Assembly (NCBI GenBank): GCA_017499595.2
Contig: CM038999.1
Location: 806,001 to 870,000, forward strand
Direction: 5' to 3'
DNA length: 64,000 bases
Origin: Psilocybe cubensis
Taxonomy: Eukaryota
Below, piece by piece: positions 24,511 through 38,224 of this stretch. The notes under the pieces are model-generated. The model was not told the DNA's origin. It saw only the letters and a program-made list of their open reading frames with translations, and did no database searches. A program made the translations under genes and the position numbers. How positions within the stretch are numbered: position 1 is the first letter of the stretch; each line of letters opens with the position of its first letter.

Positions 24511-27500
24511 AATTATATTCCGCAATAGCACTGGGTCTCGCCGCGCAACTCGTCCATTTGTATCTGTAAACTGCACTTGTATTATTATTAATATATACTT
24601 GATCATCATAGCCACAGCTCTGCTAAACTTATCTACTTATAATATCACTTCATCGCCATGCATTTGCATAACCCCTTAATACCCCTTATTACCCCTAATT
24701 CTCATTCTACTCTAATTCTAATTCTAATTCTAATTCTAATTCTAACGCGAACTCTAACTCAACCGTAGAGTTTCTAAATACGTCCTGGATGTATTAGTAG
24801 ATTAGCAGAATGCCAGTGCCTTCAAGTTTACTCACCCCTCACCGGCACCCCTCACCCCTCGTCATCGCTCGCTCCGATGACGACGCGTGGTCCTCGCGTG
24901 GCCGCCATCCGTCGTCCGTCGTCCATCATCCGTCGTCCGTGGTCCTCGCGTGGGCTGATACCCCGACATTCCCAAATACAAGCACCAAATACAAGCACAA
25001 GCACAAGCACAAGGCTAGCGCTAAGCGCTTAAGCCCCAAATGCAAACGCGCAACTCAAACTCACCATCTCAAACTGGCATCGTGGTATTGCGGCATTGTG
25101 GTATTGTGGTATTGGCATTGCAGCGGCAGTGAACCGTGGTCAGTGGCAAGCGCTCTTCCGCACACACCACTGGCAAATGCAAGCTCTAAGGAATAAATTT
25201 AAATCGCACTGTAATAATATTAATAGTATACTACTCTGAGTCTTAGCCAACGATTCCGCCAGACATCTTTTCGACAGTCCGACTGACTTGTATTGGAGTG
25301 GAGTGGAGTGAAGTGGAGTGAATCTGTAAGTCTGCGAGTCTGCGAGTCTATTAGTATAAGTTTGATCTATAAGTCTCGGGAGACACGACACGGGGACTCG
25401 ACACGGGGACTCGACGCGACGCGACGCGAACAATCAAACAAACTTGAATCAATCAATTCAAAATTGAAAGTATACCAATCCACCGGCAAAAATTCAGAAT
25501 CCACAATCGAGAATCGAGAATTCAGGATGATCACAGGTCCTCCAGAATTTCCAGGATTAGGAGGACTCAGTAATTATAAGCGGCGACGCGTTCAAACTTC
25601 AATGTCAATCTATATATATCAACATCGATCATCAATCATCCCCGTTCCGACAAGTCAAGTCAAGTTACTGTCAATATTAAAACATCAGACTCGTCTCGTC
25701 TTCTCCCGAATCAAATCCTCCTCCTTCTCCTTCAAGTTCCTCTCAGGAGTTTTTCATAAGCCAGCTCTCCTTTCCTTCGACTCCGAGTCCGAAATATCAT
25801 AACTTTGAAACTTTGAAACTTTGAAACTTTCAAGTCGATATGATCAGAAATCAGAAATCAGAAAATCGTTATTGAGGACAGCTATAAATGCAATGTTGTC
25901 ATGCAAAGTAGGCGTGTCATGGTCATGTCATTTCAAAGGCCCATAAAGACAGACAAATCGCGTGCGGGTGCGCCGTGCGGGGCGCACATCCGCCCGGGTA
26001 CGCTTGAATAGTTGCCTAAATTCAAACCATGTACGGTACCTAGAACCGCTGAAGCCTGAAGCTCACGCAGGCTTGCGGACTTGCATACAAATGCCAAAAG
26101 TACTGGTAAACTGTAAAGTGTAAAGCGGAGTGTTGACTGTCAAGGTCAAGTTATTGATGAGTGGATGAGACGGAGGCTCGGGAGTCGGATCAGGGTTCCC
26201 ATTAGGATAACAGAAATATTATATAGACAGCGGAGTCGGAGTTGGACTCGGAGTTGGACGTTGGACGATGGACGTTGGACGTTGGAGTTTAACGTTTCTC
26301 AGACTCGGACGCGGTATACCAGCAATGAGAATGGGTTGGGCGGGCACTGTCAAACACTAAAAAGTAAACAAAAGTAAGTGCCTTTGTTCAATGTTGTCTT
26401 TTGTGTGGGGTTTTATAATCAATGTATACATAACCCCTTAATGTTTAACGTTTTCCGAGTGACTTTCATACTTGACTTGACCTTGACGCGACTTGACGCG
26501 ACTTGACGCGACACAAGCAGCGTTGGTGTGGAAATCTGATTCTGACCCTGGGCCTGATCGAATCCCTGATCCGCGCTTTGGAAAGGTTAAAATTAAATAA
26601 ATTATAATACCAAGGTCCCCCATCTCCGTCTCCGTTTCCGTTTCCGCCTCCGTCTGTCCCTGTCAACGACTCCGAGTCTACGGTAGAAGTAGAAGTAGAG
26701 GTGAAGTGAGCTGAGCTGGGGTCTCTCCAAAGTTCATCACTCCTTCCAACTTGAAGCCTGAAGCTTGAAGGATCATAAAATCATAACATCAACATAGAAA
26801 AACTTCACCTTGTCAATCTACTTTTATTTCACTATATTCATATTCTCAAGCTTGAACCATGGAGCATGGTCTATACAACTAGTCAAAGTACATATGTATT
26901 GAGAGGTCCTCTGCGGAATCAGTCCCCTGCGATTGTATTCCCCCGTCAACTTGAATGACGACACGACATGTTCAGGAACTCCCGAGTGAGTCCCGAGACT
27001 CGAGCCTGAGCTCGAGTCTCTTGCGGGGATGAATGTTTGCCAGCACAGAGACATGACATGGGGTATATAGCTTGTCACTGTCAGTTTATAATGACAGGAT
27101 GATAACAATTTCTGCCTAGCCTAGACTACAGCTAATGCGTAGTCGCACTGGCAGTGCATTGCATTGCACTGCCGTGGGCGTGCCAGACAATTCCACACCG
27201 TTCCTCCTCTCATTGTCCAAGTTCAACACCAAATCGGAGTCAAATCGCCTTGTCAAATAAATGACACTTCAAAAATAAATAATATAATCAAATCTCGTCT
27301 TGTCTCAAGCTCACAGACACTACAAACTACTCGCCATGCACACTCTAAGCAGAGCAACTAACCGACTGCTCCTTCGTAGTAAGACATAATTTCACAGTCC
27401 GGCACAACTAGAAAAACACATGCAACCCAAAAATAAACCACCGTTCTATAAATAGATTACCTCCGGGCCATGAATTCGACGTACGTCCCCCAGGCTTCTT

Positions 27501-27998
27501 CTCCGTATCAGCTTGTGGAGCCATAGGCTATACTTACAAACTACAAAATCAGTCACGGTTAAATCCTAATTCAATCAGAGGCTAAAGCAGAAAGTCAGTT
27601 ATTCTTGCATCTTGATCCATAGATCATGTCAACTATCCAAGGACTTTTGTTCTGTAGTGGTACTGTGGTAGGTATCAAGAATAACCACCAATGACACTTC
27701 GTTTGAGTTTTCTTTTCTTGGATATGTGAGGGGAGGGTCAAACTCGACGCCGGTTGTAAACCTTGGAAAATAATGCAAGTCATGTACAGAAGAGCGCCGG
27801 TGTCATTGTGGATGTTGAATAAACCACCTCGAAAGATCTAACCTTTTACAGGTACATAAACACACGACCACCGCAAGGTCCTCATTGCAGGGTTACTCAT
27901 GACTCTACAATAACATTACAACGCACATAGATACACAACAAACTAAATACTCGTAAAATGCTGTCCAACACCAGAACTAACTAAACCCACTACAGATC

Positions 27999-29841
27999 CT
28001 AAGCCCCAGGAAGCCACCCATAGTCCTCCTCCTCCTCCTCCATCAGCGACGCAGACTCCTTCGACCGCTTGAGCTCATCAGAGCGGTAACTATTAGTCCT
28101 CGCATGCGCCGGGAGTGCCAACGCGCCATTAAACGCCGTCGGCGACGAATACACCGCCTCTCCCCCCGCACCACCACCACTCGAATGCGCATAACTATAA
28201 TTATCATAACTCGAATGCAGCCCCGACGGCGGTGGCAGTGGGGGCGGCGACGTGTTGCTGATAAGCGCATCAGTGTAGCTTTGCCCGCTGACAGCTGACG
28301 AAGGCCACGGCTCCGTGTTCGCCATCGTCGTGTTATCGCTATAGTTGTACGCGTAGTTCCGTTCAGGGAGACGCCCCAGCTTGCTGCTGTTCCCGCCACC
28401 CGTTGCGTCGAGACGCGAGACGGAGATGGATGAGGAGTCTTTGCGGTGGTGTTGGTGTAGTGGCAGCGCCTCGGACTCAATGATGACATTTGGTCCTTTG
28501 ACGAGGTCTGGGCGGGTGGAGAAGAAAAGGATGACGTTGAAGAGGCCCGAGAGGGCGAAGAGTGTTGATGCGAACAGCGTGAATTGGTACGGGGTTTGGA
28601 ATCCTGAGAAGTATAGCCATCGCGACAGACTATTGGGAAAGACGCAAAAGACATATACAGCTGGGTAGCTGCGGATGCAACAAACATGTTAACAGAATGT
28701 AAAATGACAAAGACAGTGTAACTTGGGAACTGGACGATGTACTCACAAGAGCATCAGATTTGCAATCTCCTTCGACACCTTATCTTCCTCTGTCTCCGGC
28801 ACTGCCAAATTTGCATGCTGCGGCCTATAGTTCCTATACCAATGCACACCTTCATCATCCAAGATCACCCAACCCCGCATCACCACAAACATGATCCCAT
28901 ACAAAATGACCATCAGGATCCCCGCAGACCAAACCCACAAGTACTCAGTCACAATTTGCTCAGTCTTGAATTCTTGTAGAATCCAGCACCAGTAGCCTGT
29001 GTTGCCGTAGTACACAGTGTTGCGGTGGACAGCATTGGGGATACCGATGACGAGCCCAGCAAAAATCCAGATGCCTACAACGAGGAGCTTGGATATGTGC
29101 TTTGGCGCGCGCCAGCGGAGGACGAGGATGGAGAAAGTTTGAACACCGATAGCCTGGATTCGAATCGTTTAGTTTTTATTTTGGGGGACGGGGGAACGTG
29201 TATTGATGGGACGTACGAGGGAACTGTTGGGGAGATAGGATGCTAGTTAGCGCTGCGAGTGACTTTGAACGTATGCATTGATACTCACGTTAGAGCCACC
29301 CCCACTATCCCAACCTGCTTAACAGCAGCTTGCGCAGTACAAAGTTGACCCTCTGTGATGAACTGATATCCCAAAATGCCAATCAATACCGTTGATTTTG
29401 ATAGCACTGCGAAGCCTACATACGCCATCTTCCATCCATCTGATGCTGGGCATGTTACCTAGTAAAAGTTGAATTTTATTGTGCAAAATGTTGAAGGTAC
29501 ATACCGATAGCCTGAATCATGTCCGCGAACATCAGGTTTAGGAACAAGCTCGAGTCCGTCGCATCTTTGCTGAGCACCACAGATTTTCCCCAAGTGGTTA
29601 CTGTCCTCCTCAGCCATTTATACTAAAAAACACACAGTTTAGCCAGAATACTTGAAATAGACGAGGGGAAAACATGTACAATAACGAAGCAAAGGATAGA
29701 TGCTACTGCCACTAAAGACAGACTATGAAAATGGTGATGATTAGCGCTTTGGACATGGTATTAATCATAACGATACAAATAGACGCACAAAGATGCTTCA
29801 ACGGTAAGGAAGACCCCCAGCCGCTCATTGAAGGAAAACAT
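27999..29841 (-). CDS. Git3/Gpr1-like 7-TM G-protein-coupled receptor, multi-exon
   Basis: Reconstructed MFSFNERLGVFLTVEASFLSLVAVASILCFVI...LFLNLMFADMIQAIG...YYGNTGYWCWI...EYLWVW...YPAVYVFCVFPNSLSRW...LSGLFNVILFFSTRP matches the fungal Git3/cAMP-receptor-like GPCR pattern. Confidence 0.85.
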
Positions 29842-31197
29842 CTCGCCTGATTCCTCGGATGCGTGGTAAAAGAACGAGGAAGAGGAAGAAGGTGGGGTGT
29901 ACAGCGTATTCGGGCGCCTCGTGTCAATACCATTCCGTTATATATGGCTTGTCAACCGACGTCCCACCGAGAACAGATGATTGCCAGTCAGGAACATCGC
30001 TAGTTGATTCCGAAAAGCCTTGACGTAGACAGGCACCGGTCTGGCTTTTCAGGGTCTTTCAGCAAGCAATATTGTGACTTGTGCACAGCAACACGAGTGC
30101 TGGACGGGGATATAAAGCGGGCTGCTCAATAGAGTTGGAAAGGTCCTGGACCATGTGCGAGGATAGAGATAAGTGGGCTCCGGATCAGGCCGTTTGGTAG
30201 TGTATTTGGGAATCATTTGTGCTATAGGAGCTCTGAATGTCGTCGAGAGGTCTAGAAAGCTTTTCAGAGCATTTAGTTGAGCTTTGTGTACAATGATTTT
30301 CTGCGACTTCAAGTGGAGTAAAAGTTCAAGCTCAAGGTCAAGACCAAGTCAAGACCCCGGTTGACCGAATCCTTGCCACGATTGTCACGCATGCCACCCA
30401 TTTTGGGCTGAAATCCGCTATCGACGACACTTTGACTACGGCATTTGCTTATTGAAGCTGCAAGGCGATGTATTGAAGCTTTTCGATACTTAGGAATCCA
30501 GGAATCCTCCATGGATTCCGATGCGTGCCATTGTGCATCTTGGCGTCTTGACCTCCACATATCAGCAAACATCAGGCGAATCAAATCGAGGATAAAAGCT
30601 CCAAATCCCATAAAACTGAAAGGAGAAGCGCCCTCAGATTATTACACTGCTTTACTACATAGTAGTACAATGCTTATTGCCAATCTGCTTAATTATCCGT
30701 TTGTTCAGATGACTTGCACATCCGTATTTTCAGGGTTTGTTGAATAGGCGCTATGGATTGTAATCTTGGATCGTCACCAAGTCAAGAGTCACCACAAGTG
30801 CTTTTGAAGCTAAGCGCTCGTCAACCTCCTGAAAGAGCTAGCGTTTTTCTAAAAATATGCTCAGCCGAAGGGGTGGTGTGGCTGTGAACCTTGAGGTTTG
30901 GCGAACTCGACACCAAATGTTTTGAGTGGAAAAACTTCCAACCTTCTTAGCCTGGGTGCTCGTCGAGCGGCGTAGTATAGGTTGCAAGAGTTCGCGCAAT
31001 AGTGCACGATTGAAGTCGGAATTGTATTTTCAGCTTCAGAATAGCTTCATAAAATAATGACATTTGATAGACGTGCGGACGTTGACGTTGAATCCCCATC
31101 GAAAATGGCGCTGGTCAATTGGAATATGAACCCGAGGTCCACCTATGAGGAACTACTAGCCAGGGCTGAGTATGGAGGAGGTTTATGAGGCTAAAAT

Positions 31198-32069
31198 TTA
31201 GCCGAGCAGGACACCAAAGCCGGTTTTCTCATCCAGAGGTAGGCGTTCATTGCCTCGGAAAGTGACATGTCCGGCATCAGGACGCGCAAAAAGGGGTAGG
31301 GCCCGAGATCGGCGCGGTTTCTTCTTGTTAGAAATTTGCGGAGGCCTTTCGAGAGATACTGGCGGTACAACATTAGACTCTATCGTTGCAGATGTATCCA
31401 TATCAAGCGCAACATTTGGAGTTGCACTGGAGTTTTGCGAAGGACTAGCGATGGCACCATTCGGAGGCGCAGGTATCCGTTTAGACGCTCCGCAGTGAAG
31501 GCAGGTGTACGTCAGGATATTGCCTTGACTAGAGGAACCTAAGGTAGTTCTGAGGTTGAGAACTAGTAGCACATTTATAAACAATCTCACTTTTGACGCG
31601 TATTGACGCATTAGAACCTGGAACGAGAGTTGAGCTGCATCCTGAACACAGAGAACGCTTTAAAGACGGGTCTCTACAATCACCAAAATTAATTTAATCC
31701 AGGCAGATACTAGCAGACAAACACATACATTTTGACTGTGGTTTTCTGCCCGACCACGCGCATACATTTCACGTAACTTCTCGCAAGATCTGCAGTGGTT
31801 TTTTTAGCCCCCACTTTCCGTTTGCGAGCCTTTTGTGATGCTTTTCGAGCTGTTTGCGAAGTGGATTCCGTATTGACCTGGGGAGGCTCGTCGACGTTCA
31901 TAGCGTCCACGGATCTACCGTCCTCCCGTGCCTTGCCTTTGTTAGATGGACCAGGAGCTACAGATTGCAGATATATGCTAGCTTGATAAAGAAAATTGAG
32001 TCTCTGAACGATGTCCCGGTTCGCAGTAGCGTTCACATTCGTCGTTTCGTCTTTCTGTTTCTTTGCCAT
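31198..32069 (-). CDS. RNase P subunit Rpr2/Rpp21-domain protein; 3 exons
   Basis: RDIVQRLNFLYQAS, then spliced IDPSLKRSLCSGC...TCLHCG zinc-ribbon (CxxC...CxxC), the Rpr2 signature. Confidence 0.85.
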
Positions 32070-32306
32070 CCCGATTAAGGAATTGTAATTGTGATTGTGG
32101 TTTGATGATGGTTGAAAGGAAATGAGGGAGGACGGAACAGCGAGCACGTTGTCGCCGTCGGTGCCGACGATGTCCAAATGCGGTTTTGGCCCTGTCTCGA
32201 CATTTTATTTTTTGCTCGCTCTTCCTTCGCACACTCACCCGCACCAATTAAAACGATTTTTTAAAACTTTCAGACCCGCTCAAAAGCATCGCGGGATGAC
32301 ATTATC

Positions 32307-34360
32307 ATGACACAAGGCCCTCCGTCTTCAGAAGCGAGCTCATCGAAATCGCCTGCACAATTTGCACCGCTGAACCAACCGCCTCCGGTTCCAAGGCCCT
32401 CTAACACTTACGCGCCTCCTCCTCCACCTCCTGTTCCTCAGGCGGATGTATTTACAGATGCACAGAAGAACCTATTTCGCTCTTATGTCGGGCCTGTGTC
32501 TACATCCACGGCTGCTGGAGTTCTGCCTCCGTCGAGGAGCCCAGTGTTACCCATGACCAACTCGAACCCGTACGCTCCTATGCTGCAGACTACATATAAT
32601 CCGGGCCCGCAAAGAGCTTTTTCCAACTCTATGCCCTTCCCAGCGCGTCCGGCTACAGCTAAAACGCCGCAGCCCCAACCTCAGAAGCATGTGGAAGCGC
32701 AAGCGCAACCTTCTTCAGTTACATCCCAAGCGCCTAAACCTCTGGATCCTAAAACATATAAAAATTGGGATCAGGTCGTCAGAGAGTTCCTACTGAAAAC
32801 CAAGATGACGGAGGCGTTGAAGGGTTTTGAGAATGATATGCTGGTTCTCAATCCTGATTGGGAGCGGACAGTAATGGCGGAGGCGTTGAAGGAGATGGTG
32901 GACGGTTTGCAGGTGCGTTTGTGGCTTGCCCCTGGGTTTTTCCGGATCTATTAACGCATGAAATAGGCTGTACTCCTTCAGACCTCAGCTTCGTTCGATC
33001 AGAAAGCTACTAACGACCGCGACCCTCCAGTGGATATCACCAGTACCGAAGACACTTCATTAAACGAGCGTAAGCTTGAGTACATCAAAACGTCTAACGG
33101 CACAGTCCCAAAAATACAATCATCAGTAAGACTCAAAATCACCTTCTTACCCCTCAATACAATCTCAACTCACCAGCCTTGCGTGCCCCACCTCAGATCA
33201 ACAAGTCCATCTCCCAGTTCCTCGCACGCACGCGCGCGCGGAACGACGCATCCAACCGTGCAGAATTCCTTAAAACGCTTGCGGAGAAGCGGCGCGAGCA
33301 GAGGACCGCCGAAGCTGGGAGTGTCGCCATCCCGTCGTGTGCGCGCGTCGATGCGAAGCCGATTGATAGGGACAAGCAAATCAAGTATGATATCGCGAAG
33401 TATGGGGAGGGGCCGTTGCTCAGCACGACCAAGAATCTGAATGAGTCGGTTGCGCCTGGCTCTGGTTCTTTGGCTGCCGGTGTTACATCGTTGGCGAGCG
33501 TCGTGCCTCCTACCGGAGATGTCGCACCCCTTGTGACGCATTCCCAGAGAAAACGAAAGCTTGCTGTTGAATCTGAAGGCGAAGAATCACAAGCAAAAAC
33601 GTCCAAATCAAAAATACGCAAAGGGAAGGAGAAGGAGAAGGATAAAGATAAAGAAGTGGTTCAACTAGCACCGCAAGACCTGGATGAAGATGGAGCTTCG
33701 GCGGCCACATCTGAGAGGTATCCAGGCTTGGACAATCGCCTCAACAATGTAGAAACCCATCTCGCATTACGATACGGTAGGCCCCTCTAGTTCTTTACCC
33801 CTTGCACAACTAACTCAAAGCTTGGCCTTAGTCCCGACTCCACCACGCACACTCATGGCGCGGCTGAAATTCATTGAAGACCATATCATCAAATTGGAAA
33901 AGGAATATCCACCGTGGGCGGCTCTGCATTTCAACCAACCTAATCGTGGGGTATGTTTCGGTCTCCCTCCCCTGCTTTTGTCGAATAGATGCTCATTATC
34001 AATATGTGATAGTGGCCACCACCTCCGCGCGCTACACCCATCATCGTCCCTACACATTTACGCACATTCGCTAGCACCAGCGCGACACCAGCTGTTCCGC
34101 CAGCCACAACGGGCGCGTCATATTCATCTCATACCCCTCAGACCAATGTATCTAGCGCGCCGACGTCCAGTCCCTCAGGGTCGAATATCTTAGGATCGGC
34201 ATCGGCATCGGCGGCTACTTCTACCAATGCGCCGGCTTCTGGATCTGTGGGTCCAAAGCAGAGGAAGGCAACCTCCAGTCTGCATAAAGCTGTTCTGGAG
34301 CGGTTGGAGGTGCAAAGGGCAAGGAGCGAAATGGGAGGTGGAAAAGGTGGTCGCGAGTAG
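32307..34360 (+). CDS. Conserved hypothetical protein, MBIP-like C-terminal region with an upstream LisH-like motif; exons 32307-32912, 32967-33125, 33197-33776, 33832-33950, 34013-34360
   Basis: Five exons join in frame. Motifs: WDQVVREFLLKTKMTEALKGFENDM, ISQFLAR...NRAEF...SCARVDA, RLNNVETHL...RLKFIEDHIIKLE. Confidence 0.7.
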
Positions 34361-34993
34361 CAAAGTGAGCGGTGTGGAAGGCGGCTTTGTTGGAGTGGCC
34401 AGTCTGGCTTCCAGTTTTGTATTATATCTAGGTCATGGTGGATGACCGCGTCATCTCGAACGACGGCGTTAATTCTACAGGAATGAGAATGCCACCATCG
34501 TGCCATCGCACTCCGCTGTTTGCTTGGTATTCCAATTCTTTGGTGATGCTCGGCGTGAGCGTGCATGAAGTCAGTTATCATTTCTATGAATTTCTTTTAC
34601 AACTTTTAACGATACGTCTAACACAGTTAACCCAATTGTTGTTGTAGGATCTCATTCGCATCGGGACAGGTTTGCCGGTATCTATTTTGACTGTTCGATC
34701 TTGTATGTCTAAAAAACGAGCGGTTATTACTTCTTCTAATATGTGCGGCCAAGAATACATTTCCCAGGCCAACGCTGATAACTCGTAACAACTTGAAGGC
34801 TGAAAAATTGCCACAGTTAAATTTGGGTTGGATTAGAAGAGGAGATGTAAGGTAGCGACTCGGATGTCATTGTCACTCAAAGAGGTGATGCCACAACGGA
34901 ATGTTCGCAAAGCAAAATAAATAACGCAGGGCTGACAAGAAATTACATTGAGAATGGGTTGGGAGCTTTCATAAATCATTATCCCGAAACTTT

Positions 34994-37355
34994 TCAAAGG
35001 CTCCCAACTTGAATTCGTTCAAAATCGAACCAGTTAATTTGTTCATCAGCAACACCCCGAATGATGTCTGTAGGAGAAGTCGTCCGTAGCTCTGCAGCCA
35101 AAGAAAAGAATAAGCGACTAGATTAGCCAACTAGTATAGCTATAAATGACAGATGCCCTTACCGCTGTCGATAGGAATGTATTCTAAAGTTCTGTATCCA
35201 TGATATGCCCAACGGCGTCGTAAAAGATTCTCAGGGTCTTCCGTCATCGGTTTCCATTTTTCAAGGATCGTTTTGGCCAACGCAACGTTCTTTGTGCTAG
35301 GGTATTGCGATGTTGCAATTTTGTCAAGCACAAGAATGATTCCTGAGGACTAAAGTCATTGCCTATCAACTACAACCCCGCATCAAAGATGACAAAAAAT
35401 AGAGGTTACGCACGTAAATATCCATTGCTTCGTTGACCATGACAGTGTTGATCAGAGCAAGAAGTTTTGCGACTTTCTCGTTTTCGCCAAGACTCCGGAT
35501 GTCAGTTTCTTCGCGGTACCCAAGGTATAATAAAGTCGGCAGCCTTTCCAAAAGCTGTTCCTTGAGGGCATTGAGTGTATAAGAGGTCACAGTGGGATGC
35601 CAGCCTTCTAAACGATTGAGCTGCTGCTGTAACAAAGAGCCCTCAAGCCCAGTAAAACTCAGTGTAAGCTTGTTAAGGCGAAGAAAGGGAGCCGGGTTGA
35701 TAATTAGTGGCTCACATCGGGAGTCGCAAAGTATATTGATTGCATGTGGTATAGATGCACTAAGTTCGTCTGGCCAGATGAAATCGCACCTCTCCAGTTT
35801 TGGAACAAGCGTGACATCAGCGATGTTGACGAAATCAATGTCAGATGTGGCCGGGGCGGTGCAACTTAGATGAACCAAGGACGGTGTTAACTTAAGAATT
35901 GCTGTCAAATCTCCTTCGTTGATAAACCAGAACCTGAACACCAGTGTTTTGAGAGAGAGGCATGGTGATGAATTTCGGAGCAAGCGTAGCAATGAGGGAG
36001 TCATATTATCGCTACGGGAAAGCAGACGAATTTCTCGAATAGCGGGCAGGGTAAGATTTCCAAGGCAAAGGACAACATCGTCGTTGAGATGCGGAGTAAA
36101 ACAAAATTCTGCGTAAAGCCGTACGAGGTTGGACAGTGTAGATTTCGGAAACACATATGCTTCATTGCGTGTTTTCATAGTGAGCGTCTGTAGTACTGGA
36201 GATGCGATGGCCTTCTCGATTTGGCATTCTTGTAGTGACGTGACGTATTCTTTGTAATGTTTAAGTTGTGAGAATGGAAGGGAAACCGCCCTTGAGAAGG
36301 GTGTCCCGATGTCGACAACTGTTAGTAAGGGTGCCTCTTCAAAGAAATCTATAATTTGTCCAGGGACCATGGAGGACCCGATTGATGACACGAAGAGGCC
36401 TAGGCCTTTGAGCGCATTGAGTCGGCCTTTAATTGTCCGCAGATTAGGAAAAGTAAGATGAGACGCGAAGAGCGTAAACGTCGTCCATCGCTCTGCATGT
36501 TGACAGAGCAAGTTCACAGTGGGGTGGTTGAACTGTAGATCTGCCGATTTTGGAATGAAGTTAGCTGTATTCAAGCATAAATGCAGGGTAGATCCGATCG
36601 AGCGCCTTAAGAAATCAGCGAGAATTTCTATTTGTGTGTCCGTCTTGGAACGCGATCGTTGGATGCGGATAGGCGGAAGACGACTCCAAAGCGAAGGGAA
36701 ATTCAAAGCCACATTACGCCATGAACGGCAAGTTTGGGAAACAGCCAGAGCCGGATGTTTGCTAAAATAGCCATTGTAATCGGGATTTATGCTGTCTATA
36801 ACATGAATGAGGAATATGTCTTGAAGAATCTCGACAGGAAGTTGACGGAGAAGTGACAAGAGTCCTCGGTGTAGGCGAATAAAGTTGTTGACTTCGTCAA
36901 TTGTATGCGTTACCGCACGTTCCCAACCACGTCCATTTCGTTTACAATGGTCGCTGAATTTCTGCTTTCTCAAAAGAATAGAATTCAGCCGTGATGCTTC
37001 CTCTTCAGCTCGTTTGATTGCATCTATAATAAGTTTCGCTTCGTCGTCCGTCGGGGCTTCGTTTGAACAGAAGAGATGAGGACAGGGTGGGACAAGTACC
37101 CCCGATTCTGAAGTACCAGGGAGAGATAATATCAACACGGTTTCTGGCGAGCGAAGTGAAAGCTGAGTAGAATTGTGAACAGGTTCAGACGTCCTGGAAA
37201 GCTTCGTTTTCGAGAATGCTGCGAGGCTGCGCTGCTTTACGCGATAGATAACTCGGGCAAAACTTTCGAATTTGTTCCTGACGTATCGCTGCTGAAAATT
37301 AGCTCAATGCTAGGATGGTTAATGGTGACTTTACTCTCGTCCGCTTGAGCATCAT
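34994..37355 (-). CDS. F-box-like/LRR-like protein; long main exon (ORF 35366-37138 extends upstream) plus two short 3' exons; start uncertain
   Basis: SNEAPT...RQLPVEILQDIF...AVSQTCRSWRNVALNFPSLWS F-box-like motif followed by LRR-like repeats; GT-AG introns near 35414-35349 and 35162-35093. Confidence 0.8.
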
Positions 37356-38224
37356 TCGATTCGGATGTCGGGAATCCAGTCGCAAGAATTTGGATTCTGC
37401 CAACTGGATGCTGTTGACAACAGACAATTACAACCTGCGATGAAACTTTGGTATGCCTTTTTGAGAGGTAGAAAGGGTCGTAATGTCAAGATTCGCAAGA
37501 ACAATAAGCTGTGCATCATTCATCAACGCCATTGCAACGCCTATTTTTGAATAAAAATAAATGATGTGAGATTCAAGTTGAAAGGAATCAGAGAGCTGGC
37601 AGCCGTGGAGGAGAGGTTGCTGAGTCAGCCTCGGATCTTACCGGTCAACACTTGTTTGCCCTCAAACATGAGTCCACAACTATTTCTTCAAACCAGGTCT
37701 GTCCTTCGTAAGGATCCGTTCTGATCAACGTCTTTCAACCAGAAATCTTTGCTAGCTTATTGTTCTGTCAACACCGCGGGTAAATTTGTGGTGGTTCTCG
37801 GCGCCCATATTCGCTCGATTGGGATTTTCTCTCCCAGATCTGTGGGATTCTTATCGATTTTAGAGGCTCGACTCTGATTGAATCAGGTCCATTGACGTCA
37901 ATCCTGTCTGGTGATACTGGTGCACACACTCTTACCAGCCTGCTGGAAGCCTTTTGAATGTCCGCGAGGCTTCTGATGACATGACTGGACGAGCTCAAAT
38001 ACCTCCGTCCTCGTTTTCTGGTGTCTGTTGTCTCGGATTGGAAACGATAAGACGGAAAAAAATTTCAACGAGCTTTGAGCCTCACTTTCTCCTTAATGAA
38101 GGAAAAAAGCACTCACGCACTGCGGACTCCATCGCAGACTAGGTCGCCGATTGGACGCGATGGGCATGTCATGAAATTGGGTCGTAAACTGCCTACAAAC
38201 AAGACCATATTCCAGTGAAGGGCT

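Noticed and set aside
24670-24700. ACCCCTTAAT-type repeats as an interstitial telomere
   Set aside because: 10-nt unit, three imperfect copies; not a (TTAGGG)n array.
25964-25993. GC-rich hairpin GCGG-GTGCGCC/GGCGCAC-AT-CCGC as a Helitron 3' end
   Set aside because: No CTRR terminus at the expected distance and no other element features.
30049-31150. Short ORFs between the GPCR and Rpr2 as a gene or pseudogene
   Set aside because: Stops in all frames and no recognisable family; cannot be supported without a homology search.
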